Source: a bacterium
GTDB taxonomy: Bacteria > Desulfobacterota > DSWW01
Reading direction: 5' to 3'
NCBI GenBank assembly: GCA_040756235.1
Contig: JBFLZG010000122.1
Span: 31,101-95,100, forward strand
Length of the DNA stretch: 64,000 bases
The position numbers were made by a program, and so were the translations under genes. Below the pieces are notes generated by a model, which saw only the letters and a list, made by a program, of their open reading frames with translations, had not been told where the DNA came from and searched no databases. Position 1 is the first letter of the stretch. Each line of letters begins with the position of its first letter. Shown here in pieces: positions 37,304 through 47,714 of this stretch.

Positions 37304-38509
37304 GTGAAGCTAGGCATTGATCGGCTACTGACTGAGCCAGAATTGAGCGCCCCTCTCCGGGGTAGACGTGTGGCGGTCCTCGCGCATCCTGCGTCTGTCA
37401 CTTCGGGACTAGTACATACGCTCGACGCGGTCGCAGGTCTGCCTGACATACGTCTCACAGCAGCTTTCGGACCTCAACATGGCATCCGCGGCGACAAGCA
37501 GGACAACATGGTGGAAACCGAGGATGCGATCGATCCGAAGCATGGAATACCAGTGTTCAGCTTGTATGGCAAGGCACGCCGTCCGACATCCGAAATGTGC
37601 GAAATGTTAGACGTTCTCCTCATCGATCTTCAGGATTTGGGAGCGCGTATCTACACATTTCTCACCACCGTGCTCTATGCTCTTGAGGCAGGGGCGCGCC
37701 ATGCTAAAGAGGTCTGGATCCTCGACAGGCCTAACCCAATCGGTCGACCAATAGAGGGCACCCGCCTTCTTCCTGGGAATGAAAGCTTTGTGGGAGCCTC
37801 GACCCTCCCGATGCGTCACGGCTTAACGCTTGGCGAGGCAGCTAGGTGGTTTGTGACTCGGCACGGCCTCGATGTCAAGCTACAAGTGGTCAGTATGTTG
37901 GGGTATAACCCGCATGTGGCACCGGGATTCGGCTGGTGCTTTGGGCAGATCCCCTGGATCAATCCTAGCCCTAACGCCGCGAGCCTGAACATGGGGCGGT
38001 GCTACCCCGGTACCGTGCTATTCGAGGGTACTACGCTTTCGGAGGGCCGCGGCACCACCGCTCCGCTTGAGGTCATTGGCGCCCCAGACATTGATCGGGA
38101 TCAGATCCTAGCGACCATGCGAAACCTGAGGCCTGACTGGCTTAAGGGCGCTTACGTGAGGCCGTGCAGCTTCGAGCCGACCTTCCACAAGCACACCGGC
38201 ATGCTGTGCAATGGTATTCAAATCCATACAGATTGGCGCGGTTACGATCATTTCGTCTTCCGCCCTTACCGGCTTGGGAACCTTTTCCTTAAAGCCCTGC
38301 GTGTCGTGCACCCACATTATCCAATTTGGCGTAATCATCCTTATGAGTACACAGGAGGACGGCTCCCGATCGATGTCATCGATGGCGGCCCTATGCTGAG
38401 GGAGTGGGTCGACGATCCCTCGTCCACGTTCGACGAACGAGAAGCTGTGCTCGCACGCGACGAAGCTGAATGGGTCGACGAGATAAACTCAGTGCTGCTT
38501 TATCCGTAA
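37304..38509 (+). CDS. DUF1343 / exo-beta-N-acetylmuramidase NamZ family protein
   Basis: KLGID, FGPQHG.RG, SLYG, DLQDLG.RIYTF, LDRPNP, RHG.TLGE, PSPN, SEGRGT. Confidence 0.88.
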   Translation: MKLGIDRLLTEPELSAPLRGRRVAVLAHPASVTSGLVHTLDAVAGLPDIRLTAAFGPQHGIRGDKQDNMVETEDAIDPKHGIPVFSLYGKARRPTSEMCEMLDVLLIDLQDLGARIYTFLTTVLYALEAGARHAKEVWILDRPNPIGRPIEGTRLLPGNESFVGASTLPMRHGLTLGEAARWFVTRHGLDVKLQVVSMLGYNPHVAPGFGWCFGQIPWINPSPNAASLNMGRCYPGTVLFEGTTLSEGRGTTAPLEVIGAPDIDRDQILATMRNLRPDWLKGAYVRPCSFEPTFHKHTGMLCNGIQIHTDWRGYDHFVFRPYRLGNLFLKALRVVHPHYPIWRNHPYEYTGGRLPIDVIDGGPMLREWVDDPSSTFDEREAVLARDEAEWVDEINSVLLYP

Positions 38510-39337
38510 TTGTCATCTCCGCAGCCCCAAACGTGCAGCGGTTCACCATTCCACCACCCCAGGGTACACCAGCTGCTCGAGTCATGCGCCCTCTCGGAGG
38601 ACCAGACCCCCTAATTGCGTTGTGAAAGACTGAAAGACTCATCTTGTCCCGCCTTGTGGCTAATAGCACCGTAGGTCGCACCCAGGTAGGCTCGCGACGA
38701 AATAGGTGCCACCGCGCGCTTCTTACCGGTGGTGCCACTGACCAGCTGTGTCGCCAATTCCAGCGGCCTTTACTCTTCACCCAAGTTCGCCCTCCTGTTA
38801 GGACCGTCCAACTCTTGGGGCGGAGTGGTTGCCGAAGACCATGTTCCCCTCTGCAGAACAGAAGTACACGTGTCGTAAGCCTCGCAATTGAATCGTTGGC
38901 AATGACCACGAAGAATTGTACGCTATCTGGAAACTTTCCATATACTAAGTCCGGTCCTCCATGCTACCCTCTCTCGCAGGGCCCTGGTTTTGATTAAGAT
39001 TTTCGGTCCGATTTCTTTCCAGTCGATCCTGTATCGAATGTGGTGGTATGCGAAAATTTTTATGTTTTCGTACTCTCTGGGCTCCGGGGCTGGTCACATA
39101 GGACCACCCGGGCCACGTTTGTGGAGGAAGAATTGTTTCCGTGTGAATTTTGGACTAATTCCAAGCTTTGGGACGCGCCTGGATCGGCCAAGTAACTTGC
39201 ATAAAGATTCATTAAACAGAAGCGCCCCCCCTACCGTCCTGGGAAAGAAAACGGCTCCTTGACCAGGAGCCAAATCGCGTGATAAGTGAACTACAAGACT
39301 TTTTCAAATGCCTACATTTTTTTCCCAACCTTGATCT

Positions 39338-42300
39338 ATGTCGACATATGCAGAGCAAAGAAGCTTGAACCCCCGCATTGGCATGCTGGCCACCGTCCGC
39401 AACCGTCGGGGTATTATCACCTCGGTTGAGCCATACGACGCCACGACTGAAGGTCGCCTGCATCTGGTGCATGTCGAGTACACGGATGCGGACGGTCAGT
39501 CCGAAGAAACTCTTCTCTGGGAGCGTGAACACAACGCCACCCTCCTGGAGCCTACCGCTCTTCCGCGTGTCGGCGAAGGACCGCCGATGCCGCCCGAGGA
39601 TTACGACGCTCTGGTTCGGGCCTGCCGCTGGGCGGCCGTGACCCCCTTTCTTACTCCGGATGGTAGCGGATCAAGATTCGAGCTTCCGATCGCTTCACCC
39701 GTTTACGGTGCGGTTCAGGTCGAGGATTTCCAGCTTGTGCCCTTGCTCAAGGCCCTCAGAATGCCCCGCATCTCCCTGCTTCTCGCGGATGATGTGGGGC
39801 TGGGCAAGACGATCGAGGCCGGGCTTATCATGACCGAGCTGCTTATCCGCCGCCGGGTTCGGCGTGTGCTTATCCTTTGCCCGGCTTCTCTGCGGTTGCA
39901 ATGGCAACAGGAGATGCGGGACAAGTTCGCCCTGGGATTCGACGCGGTTGACAGCTCGGAGACCCACGCCCTGCAAAAGCGTCTCGGCCTTGATGCCAAC
40001 CCGTGGCGGACCTTCCCGAGGATCGTCGCCTCCTACCACTACTTGAGACAGCCGGATGTTCTGGAGCAGTTCCGTGCTGCCTGCACCCAGCCTCAGGGGT
40101 CATCGCTGCTACCCTGGGACCTCCTTATTGTGGATGAAGCGCACAATCTCATGCCTTCGAATTACGGTGACGACAGCGACCTCTCCAAGATGCTCAGGAT
40201 CATCAGCCCCTGGTTTGAACATAAGCTTTTTCTGACCGCCACCCCTCACAACGGGCACACCCGGTGTTTCTCTGGGCTCTTGGAGTTGCTGGACCCGGTG
40301 AGGTTTACGCGGACCACGGAGTTCAAGGAGAGGGAACGCGAACGCGTGGAAGATGTCGTGGTCCGCCGGTTGAAACGCGAGGTCAATGCCCTGGACCAGA
40401 CTCAGGGCCGCCCGGAAAGATTTGCGAACAGGTATCTCCAGCCTGAACCGCTTTTTCTCGGGCCGAGAGAGCGGAATCTCGCGAGCGCTTTTCTGGAGTT
40501 CAGAAGAGCTGTGAAATCGGTCATCGCGGCTTCACGCCGTTCCGAGCAGCTCGCAGGCGGGTTTGCCGTTGAAGTGCTCAACAAACGCCTGCTCTCTTGT
40601 CCGGCCGCCTTTGCGGACTCCTGGTACCGGTTCAAGGAGGGCATGAAGGAAACCGAGGCGGCCAGTTCCGCCGAGCTTTCGGCTGCCCATCGAGCCAGCG
40701 AGCAGGACGTGGAAGACGACCTGGAAAAGACAGGCCGGATCCGGCATGCCAGCCGCACAGCCGGCGCCTGGTTCAAGCCCCTGGCGGAGAAGCTGGCCAA
40801 AGAGATCGCTCGGGTGGATGAGGCCCTGGCCGACCTGGGGCTCGAGGATGAACTCGCGAACCTGCCTGTTGAGGACGCGCGCTGGGACCGTCTGCTCGGC
40901 TTGATTCAGCAACGACTGCGTCAGGGGAAGACTTGGCAGGAGGGCGAGCGGCTAATCGTCTTTACTGAGTACAAGACGAGTCTGGACTATCTCGAACGGA
41001 GGCTCCGCGCCGAATTCAAGGATCACCAGGAAGCCATTCGTGTCCTCTTTGGCGGCGAGGATTGCGATCGCGAGGCCATCAAGAAGGCATTCAATGACCC
41101 GGACGACCCCATCCGGGTTCTTCTGGCAACAGATGCCGCCTCCGAAGGCATGAACCTTCAGGAAACCGCGCGTCTTCTCCTCCACTTCGATGTTCCGTGG
41201 AACCCGGCCAAGCTGGAGCAAAGGAACGGCCGGCTGGATCGGCACGGTCAGGCGCGAGATGTCACGGTCTTTCACTTTGTCAGTGATGATGACGCAGACC
41301 TGAAGTTCCTCGCCCACGTGGTCGGAAAGGTGCATACCATTCGTGAGGACCTTGGCTCGATGGGGGAGATTTTCGATGCTGCCTTCCAGCTGCGCTTCAC
41401 CGACCTGGAAGATCCCGACCGTGTCAAGGTCGGGCTGGATGCAGCTATCGAGCGAGCCATAGGACGAGCCCGGATTCCGACCAGGGCCTCGGTAGGCCTC
41501 GGCGTCGATGACGCGGAGAGGCTCGCGGAATTCTGCCGCCATATTGATTTCTCGGCGGAAACACTCAGAAATACGCTTGATGTGGCGCTGGGCGTAAACT
41601 CCGGACGGCCGCGGCTCGAAGGACCTGACGCGAAGGGCCGCTTCCGCCTGAGGCACCCTCTGCCTCCACAGTGGAAGGACGTGATCGATGACTCGCTCCG
41701 GCTCGACCGTGGCAGGGGAGGCTCGGCTCCGACTTCGGGTACAGCCCGGACCGGCGCCCTGCCTGCGGTGGTTTTCGATCCCAGGCACTTTGTCCAACTC
41801 CTTGGGGGAAGGCCGGTTTTTCGGCCCACGAAGGACGCGGTTCTGCTCCATCTCGGTCACCCCTTGTTCCGCCAGGCGTTGAGCATCTTTGCCAGGGCCA
41901 GGTTCCCCGGGAGTCGCAAGGGACCCCAGGCCAGCCGCTGGACGGTTCGTTTGGGCAAGGTCCCTGAGAGGGCTGATGCTCTTCTGCTCCTCACCATTGA
42001 AGAGCTCGCTGTGAACGAGCTTCACGAGCCGGTGCACCACTGGATCCGCACCCTCAGGCTTCCCGTGCGGTCCGGCTCTCTGGGAGACCCGCTCCCCTAC
42101 GTTCCGCCAGGGGACGAATCCGCTTCGACAAGCCATCTCGACGAGAAAGCCTCGACCAGGGCGTCGACCATCTGGTCGGACACGGAACAGGACCTCAAGG
42201 ATCTCCTGCGACGGATCGCCGATGAGACGACTGCAAAGCTCGAAGTACATCTGAGCGACTCCGCAAAGGCGGCTCTGGCCGAGGAACGGGAGAAGTTTCG

Positions 42301-42619
42301 CCACCGGATCAGGGAAGTCGAGCTGGCCATGCGGGAGACCACGATCCAGAAGCTCGAACGGGAGCGTGACCTGCTCCTTGCCGCATTGCGGCAGGAGACA
42401 CTGTTTGCCGAGTACGAGCGTGATATGGAAGAGAAGCTCCGAAACCTCGAAGACGAACTCGACCGGCGGCGCCACCATTACGAGGAGCTTCTCGGCCAAC
42501 TGCGCGAGGAGCAGGGCCGAGTTCTGGAACGGCTTCTGCCCAGGCGGTACAGGCTACGCGGACCCGCCCAAGTTTATCCGCTGGCCGTGGAGATCCGGCT
42601 GCGTGAGGAGTCCCGATGA
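39338..42619 (+). CDS. drmD: SNF2-family helicase, DISARM DrmD-like
   Basis: LLADDVGLGKTIEAG, VDEAHN, LTATPHNG, TDAASEGMNLQ, EQRNGRLDRHGQ; upstream of a methyltransferase. Confidence 0.8.
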   Translation: MSTYAEQRSLNPRIGMLATVRNRRGIITSVEPYDATTEGRLHLVHVEYTDADGQSEETLLWEREHNATLLEPTALPRVGEGPPMPPEDYDALVRACRWAAVTPFLTPDGSGSRFELPIASPVYGAVQVEDFQLVPLLKALRMPRISLLLADDVGLGKTIEAGLIMTELLIRRRVRRVLILCPASLRLQWQQEMRDKFALGFDAVDSSETHALQKRLGLDANPWRTFPRIVASYHYLRQPDVLEQFRAACTQPQGSSLLPWDLLIVDEAHNLMPSNYGDDSDLSKMLRIISPWFEHKLFLTATPHNGHTRCFSGLLELLDPVRFTRTTEFKERERERVEDVVVRRLKREVNALDQTQGRPERFANRYLQPEPLFLGPRERNLASAFLEFRRAVKSVIAASRRSEQLAGGFAVEVLNKRLLSCPAAFADSWYRFKEGMKETEAASSAELSAAHRASEQDVEDDLEKTGRIRHASRTAGAWFKPLAEKLAKEIARVDEALADLGLEDELANLPVEDARWDRLLGLIQQRLRQGKTWQEGERLIVFTEYKTSLDYLERRLRAEFKDHQEAIRVLFGGEDCDREAIKKAFNDPDDPIRVLLATDAASEGMNLQETARLLLHFDVPWNPAKLEQRNGRLDRHGQARDVTVFHFVSDDDADLKFLAHVVGKVHTIREDLGSMGEIFDAAFQLRFTDLEDPDRVKVGLDAAIERAIGRARIPTRASVGLGVDDAERLAEFCRHIDFSAETLRNTLDVALGVNSGRPRLEGPDAKGRFRLRHPLPPQWKDVIDDSLRLDRGRGGSAPTSGTARTGALPAVVFDPRHFVQLLGGRPVFRPTKDAVLLHLGHPLFRQALSIFARARFPGSRKGPQASRWTVRLGKVPERADALLLLTIEELAVNELHEPVHHWIRTLRLPVRSGSLGDPLPYVPPGDESASTSHLDEKASTRASTIWSDTEQDLKDLLRRIADETTAKLEVHLSDSAKAALAEEREKFRHRIREVELAMRETTIQKLERERDLLLAALRQETLFAEYERDMEEKLRNLEDELDRRRHHYEELLGQLREEQGRVLERLLPRRYRLRGPAQVYPLAVEIRLREESR

Positions 42620-45600
42620 CACGAGCTGCCCGCTTTGAGGCGCCGGACTGGTGGACTTCCCTCAAACATGGCGGAATGCTCATTGCACCAAGCCGGCTCC
42701 CAGAGTTCCTGCCCCTGGAACGCCCCAGGCTGGCGCGCCATCTTGCGGACCGCCTGCGCCGTGAGTTGCTGCGAGTCCGTGAAGGCAGGAGCCAGCACGT
42801 GGGGACTTTCCTCGATACGGTCCTTGAGGAGGTGGCCGGGCTTGACCACGGCCGGTGGGCCAAGGGTAACGATATCGAGCCACGCTGGTCCCAGAAGGTG
42901 ATCACTGGCGAGACGATAAAACCGCGTCGGCTCTGGCAGCCAGGAGATAGTTTTGCCTTTCCCGTTTTCGTTGCGGAGATGACCACAGCCGGCGGTCGCT
43001 ACAGCGAAGAGGGCCGGCTGGGCATCGGACGGGGCAGACGGCCCGTTTCACGGGTGGTCGAGTGGCTACGGCGCTCCGGGGAGAAGATCGCCCTTCTTAC
43101 GAATGTCCGGCAATGGCGGCTCATCCATGCGGGGCCGGACTATGACGCCTGGTGTGAATGGGACACGGACCTGTGGTTCGAGGAAGGCGAGCCGGGACCC
43201 CAGGTTCAAGCCCTGCGGATCCTTCTCGGAGAAGAGGCTCTCTCTCCAGCTAAAACCGGCGAGCCTCCGAGGTTACTGGCCGCCATTCAAGCCTCCCGCC
43301 GAGTCCAGGCCGAGCTCTCCGCTGCCCTCGGGGAACGGGTACGGCTCGCTGCGGAGAAGCTCATTCAGGAGTCCGGCGCCGCACTCGCGGCTATCGACCG
43401 GGCCGGAGAGGGTGGGGTTTCAAGACGAGACATGTACATTGCCGCCACGCGCCTCATCATGCGCTGTGTGGTTGTGCTCTTTGCGGAGGCGCGCGATCTT
43501 TTGCCCCGGGACAATGTCATCTACCACCAATGCTACGGCATCCAGGGTTTGCGCGAGCAACTGGCCCGGCTGGCTGGTGGCCGCAGCGAGCGGCTTCGCT
43601 ATGCTCACGGAGCCTGGCCACGGCTGCTCTCGCTTTTCCGCCTGATCCACCAAGGTTCACCCCACCAGGCAATGCCCATCCCCCGTTACGGGGGTGGGCT
43701 CTTTGCCCCGGGAGCATTCGACTCCAGTGACCCGGTGCTCCGAGCCCTGGCGGCATTCGAGGACCCGGGCAATACGCCGACCGATGCGGCGATCCAGCAG
43801 ATCCTTGAGCTTCTTTGCGTGAGCAAGGTTAAGGTCCGGCAGGGCCGCGCCAGTACCTGGGTGCCGGCCCCCGTGGACTTCTCTGACCTGTCGTCCGAGT
43901 ACATCGGCATTCTTTATGAGGGGCTCCTCGACTTCGAGCTGCACCGTGCCCCGGCAGACGACGCCATTATTTTCCTCAAGCTAGGCGACGAGCCGGCCCT
44001 GCCGTTATCACGGCTTGAGGAGGAGATGGCGCCGAAGAGGCTCGCGGAACTTATCGGCAAGCTCAAGACGAGCACCAAGAAGCTGGCCGTCGCCGAGAGC
44101 GAGGGCGAGGAGGAAGAGACCGAGGAAGAGGACGAGGCGGAAGTGGAGGAGGAACCGAAAGAGGAGATTGAGCCCGAGGCGCCTGCGGCAGATGAGCTCG
44201 CCCAGACTGCGCCGTGTGAGCATGCGGGCTTCGACATCGTCCGTGAGGTTCGCGAGCGCGCCGAGATCTGGGCGGAGAAGGCCGTCAAGGGCGCAAAGCT
44301 CGTTTCGTATCCCCGCCGCGACACAGACGCAGCGGTGCGCGACCGGTGGGCCGAGGAGGTGAAGCGGCAGGCTCGCGCGCTGTACCGCCTCGTCCTGCCC
44401 GGCCAGTGGTATCTCGTGCGGTGGGGCGGAACGCGCAAGGGCGCGGGGACCTTCTATACGCCCCCGCAGCTTGCGGTACCGACGGTGCGCCGCACCCTTC
44501 AGCCCCTCTGCTACGAACCGGTCAAAAAGGAGACGGACAAGGCCACCGGCCTCACGGTCGTCACCGAGTGGAAGCCCCGCCGTCCCGAGGACATCCTTGC
44601 GCTCAAGGTCTGCGATCCGGCGATGGGGTCGGGCTCCTTCCTTGTTGCCGCCCTCCGCCTTCTCACAGACGCGTTGCTCGAGAGCCTCCATTTCCACAAG
44701 CGGCTCCACGCGCAGCCGGACGGCGCGATCTGCAAGCTCGCGGACGGCCTGCCCCTCGACCATCCGTCGCAGGAGACGGTGCCGGTGCCGCTCGACAACC
44801 CGGAGTTCGACGATCGCCTCCGTGCCCGGCTCAAGCACCACGTGGTAGAGCGGTGCATCTACGGAGTCGATATCGACCCGCTTGCCGTAGAGCTCGCGCG
44901 GATGGCCCTCTGGGTCGAGACGATGGACCGTCGGCTCCCGTTCGGGTTCCTCGACCACAAGCTGCGGTGCGGCAACTCGCTCGTCGGGTGCTGGTTCGAT
45001 CGCTTCCAGGACTACCCCGTCATGGCGTTCGAGCGCGATGACGCCGGCGACAAGAACCATACATGGGTGACCGGCGTCTCGGCTGGCAAGAATGGCGTCT
45101 GGACCAAGCGCTGGAAAGAGACCAGGAACGAGGTCGTCAAGCCCGAAGCGCGCGCCTGGATCACTGCCCATCGAAAGGACGTCTTCCCGTTCATGCGGGA
45201 GCGGTACTCGGCAGCGGGCATCCACGACGAGGCGCTTGCGGTGTTCCGCGAGCTCCATGAGTTACCGGTGCACGAGGCGGAGCGGCGCGAGGAGCTCTAT
45301 CGCGAGAAGATCGCCGAGAGCCCCGCGCTCGCGCTCCTGCGCGAGGCGTTCGACACCTGGTGTGCCATCTGGTTCTGGCCGGGCGACCGTCTCGACGCAA
45401 TCCCGAGTCCGAAGAGCTTCCAGGATCCGCCGGAGGCGACTCGCGCGACCGTCGCACGCTTGCGCGAGGAACATCGGTTCTTCCACTGGGAGATCGAGTT
45501 CCCGGACGTGTTCACCGGTTCGGGCTCGGGCTTCGACGCGATCCTCGGGAACCCGCCGTGGGAGATCCAGAAACCGAGCTCCAGAGAGTTCTTCTCGAAC

Positions 45601-47703
45601 ATCGACCCGCTCTACCGCACCTACGCGAAGCAGGACGCACTTCGCTTGCAGAAGGAATACTTTGAGCGAGACGCCACTATCGAACACAACTGGCTCTCGT
45701 ACAGCGCTCGCTTCAAGTCGCTCTCGACTTGGAACAAGTTCGTTGCCTCCCCGTTCGGAGATGCAGAGATCCAAGAGGCCCGTTTTTCTTTCACCAGGTC
45801 GGGAAGCGAGAACGCGACCCTGCACGAGGTCTGGCGCCGCAGCCGGACAGCCCGCATAGGCTATGCCGATCCAGAGCACCCTTTTCGTCATCAGGGATCG
45901 GCCGACATCAATACCTACAAGATGTTCTGTGAAGCAGCGCGGGGACTGCTCCGCGCGAACGGTTACCTTGGCTTTCTCCTCCCTTCGGGCATCCACAGTG
46001 ACAAAGGCTCGACGGAACTGCGAGAGCTCCTGCTTCAACGAAGTAGGCTAGAATGGCTGTTCGGATTCATTAATTGGGAGAAGATATTTGGCTCTATCTA
46101 CTACCGCTTCAAATTTTGTGCTCTGATTGTTCGGAAAGGTGGCCGGACGGCGTTCATGCGTGCTGCCTTTTCCCGATACCACGTTGAGGACTGGGAGGAC
46201 GCGGAACGTCACGCGCTGCCGTATCCGCGAGAGCGCGTCCACCAGTTCAGCCCGCGGTCGAGCGTGATCCTTGAGATCCATTCGGAGCGCGACCTCGTTG
46301 TCCTTGAGAAGATGTACGCGAACGCCGTGCCGCTGGGAGACGAAGGCCCCAATGGCTGGGGCATCCGGTACGCCAGAGAGTTCGACATGACAAACGACTC
46401 GAAGCTCTTTCCGCCCCGGCCATGGTGGGAAGAACGCGGCTACAAACCGAACGCGTATGACATTTGGATCGGACCAGGTGGCGAATTGGCACTGCCCCTG
46501 TATGAGGGCCGTATGGTCGGCCAGTTCGATTTCAGCGAGAAGGGATGGGTACGCGGCAAGGGGCGCAGGGCCGAGTGGCGCGACATCCCGTTCCAGGAGA
46601 AGACAGTTGAGCCACAGTACCTGATCAGCTTCAAAGAGTACGCCGCTGCCCACGACCGAGACGGAGAGCCCAAGGCTGTACGCGGGGCCAAGGTGGCGTT
46701 TATGGACGTGACGTCCGCGACGAATGCACGAACCATGATCGCCACGGTCCTCTTCGACGCTCCATGTGGCAATTCGGCACCTGTGCTGCAAGTGAGGGAC
46801 GGAAGCCTGCACGCCCTCGTCGCGATCCTGAACAGCTTCGCTTACGACTTCGCAGCGCGTGCTCGGTGCGGTGGGTTGCACCTGAATTACTATGTAATCG
46901 AAGAAACGCCCTTGCCGCGTGACCATGAGCATGTGCTACGCCGATTGGCATACTTTGCACTTCAACTGGTCGGAGTCAGCCTCCTCTTTGCAGGAGAGTG
47001 GAGTCGAGAGAGTGATCGCCGAAAGCCCTGGAAGCGATGCTGGGCCGTCGCCGAGTCCGAGCGTCTACGGCTCCGGTGCATAATCGATGCTGTGGTTGCC
47101 GACCTCTATGGACTTGATCTTGATGACCTGACGTGGGTTCTTCGTGCGTGCGATTATCCTTCGGCATGTTTGAATGACTACGATCAGTATAGAACGCTCG
47201 ATCCAAAGGGCTTCTGGCGTGTGGACAAGGAGAAGGATCCGGAGCTTCGGCATACGGTGCTCTCCCAGGTGGCGTTTCACGAACTGAAGCGGCTAGGCCT
47301 TGAGAAGTTTCTGGAACTCAACGATGGCGAAGGATGGATGCTACCAGAGAAAGTCCGGCTGGCAGACTATGGCCTAGGACGTGACGAGCGTGCAAAGGAG
47401 CCGCAGCCCGTGGCTGGGCGGCTTGGACCGCGTTTCCTGCCGTGGCAACTCGAGCAGTCCCCAGAGGAGTCGTGGGAGGAGTGCGAGCGGCATGCGGAAC
47501 GGATCGAGGTATTGCTGGGGCAAGGAGGCAGGAGGCAGGCGAGTAATAGCAGTGCTCAGAAGCACGATGGCGGAGTAGGATTGCCGACTCACTCCGGGAA
47601 GCCGATTCCAGATGCCCCAACAGATCTCTTTGGCAACCCACTACCCACAGATCTATTCGGTAACGTGATTGAAGCTACTCGGCGTAGGAGGAAACCAAGA
47701 TAG
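42616..47703 (+). CDS. Type IIG/Eco57I-like N6-adenine DNA methyltransferase (DrmMI-like)
   Basis: GTFYTP, DPAMGSGSF (motif I), GNPPW (motif IV), C-terminal TRD-like region; ATGA overlap with the SNF2 gene. Confidence 0.88.
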   Translation: MTRAARFEAPDWWTSLKHGGMLIAPSRLPEFLPLERPRLARHLADRLRRELLRVREGRSQHVGTFLDTVLEEVAGLDHGRWAKGNDIEPRWSQKVITGETIKPRRLWQPGDSFAFPVFVAEMTTAGGRYSEEGRLGIGRGRRPVSRVVEWLRRSGEKIALLTNVRQWRLIHAGPDYDAWCEWDTDLWFEEGEPGPQVQALRILLGEEALSPAKTGEPPRLLAAIQASRRVQAELSAALGERVRLAAEKLIQESGAALAAIDRAGEGGVSRRDMYIAATRLIMRCVVVLFAEARDLLPRDNVIYHQCYGIQGLREQLARLAGGRSERLRYAHGAWPRLLSLFRLIHQGSPHQAMPIPRYGGGLFAPGAFDSSDPVLRALAAFEDPGNTPTDAAIQQILELLCVSKVKVRQGRASTWVPAPVDFSDLSSEYIGILYEGLLDFELHRAPADDAIIFLKLGDEPALPLSRLEEEMAPKRLAELIGKLKTSTKKLAVAESEGEEEETEEEDEAEVEEEPKEEIEPEAPAADELAQTAPCEHAGFDIVREVRERAEIWAEKAVKGAKLVSYPRRDTDAAVRDRWAEEVKRQARALYRLVLPGQWYLVRWGGTRKGAGTFYTPPQLAVPTVRRTLQPLCYEPVKKETDKATGLTVVTEWKPRRPEDILALKVCDPAMGSGSFLVAALRLLTDALLESLHFHKRLHAQPDGAICKLADGLPLDHPSQETVPVPLDNPEFDDRLRARLKHHVVERCIYGVDIDPLAVELARMALWVETMDRRLPFGFLDHKLRCGNSLVGCWFDRFQDYPVMAFERDDAGDKNHTWVTGVSAGKNGVWTKRWKETRNEVVKPEARAWITAHRKDVFPFMRERYSAAGIHDEALAVFRELHELPVHEAERREELYREKIAESPALALLREAFDTWCAIWFWPGDRLDAIPSPKSFQDPPEATRATVARLREEHRFFHWEIEFPDVFTGSGSGFDAILGNPPWEIQKPSSREFFSNIDPLYRTYAKQDALRLQKEYFERDATIEHNWLSYSARFKSLSTWNKFVASPFGDAEIQEARFSFTRSGSENATLHEVWRRSRTARIGYADPEHPFRHQGSADINTYKMFCEAARGLLRANGYLGFLLPSGIHSDKGSTELRELLLQRSRLEWLFGFINWEKIFGSIYYRFKFCALIVRKGGRTAFMRAAFSRYHVEDWEDAERHALPYPRERVHQFSPRSSVILEIHSERDLVVLEKMYANAVPLGDEGPNGWGIRYAREFDMTNDSKLFPPRPWWEERGYKPNAYDIWIGPGGELALPLYEGRMVGQFDFSEKGWVRGKGRRAEWRDIPFQEKTVEPQYLISFKEYAAAHDRDGEPKAVRGAKVAFMDVTSATNARTMIATVLFDAPCGNSAPVLQVRDGSLHALVAILNSFAYDFAARARCGGLHLNYYVIEETPLPRDHEHVLRRLAYFALQLVGVSLLFAGEWSRESDRRKPWKRCWAVAESERLRLRCIIDAVVADLYGLDLDDLTWVLRACDYPSACLNDYDQYRTLDPKGFWRVDKEKDPELRHTVLSQVAFHELKRLGLEKFLELNDGEGWMLPEKVRLADYGLGRDERAKEPQPVAGRLGPRFLPWQLEQSPEESWEECERHAERIEVLLGQGGRRQASNSSAQKHDGGVGLPTHSGKPIPDAPTDLFGNPLPTDLFGNVIEATRRRRKPR

Positions 47704-47714
47704 GGTTCGAATCA

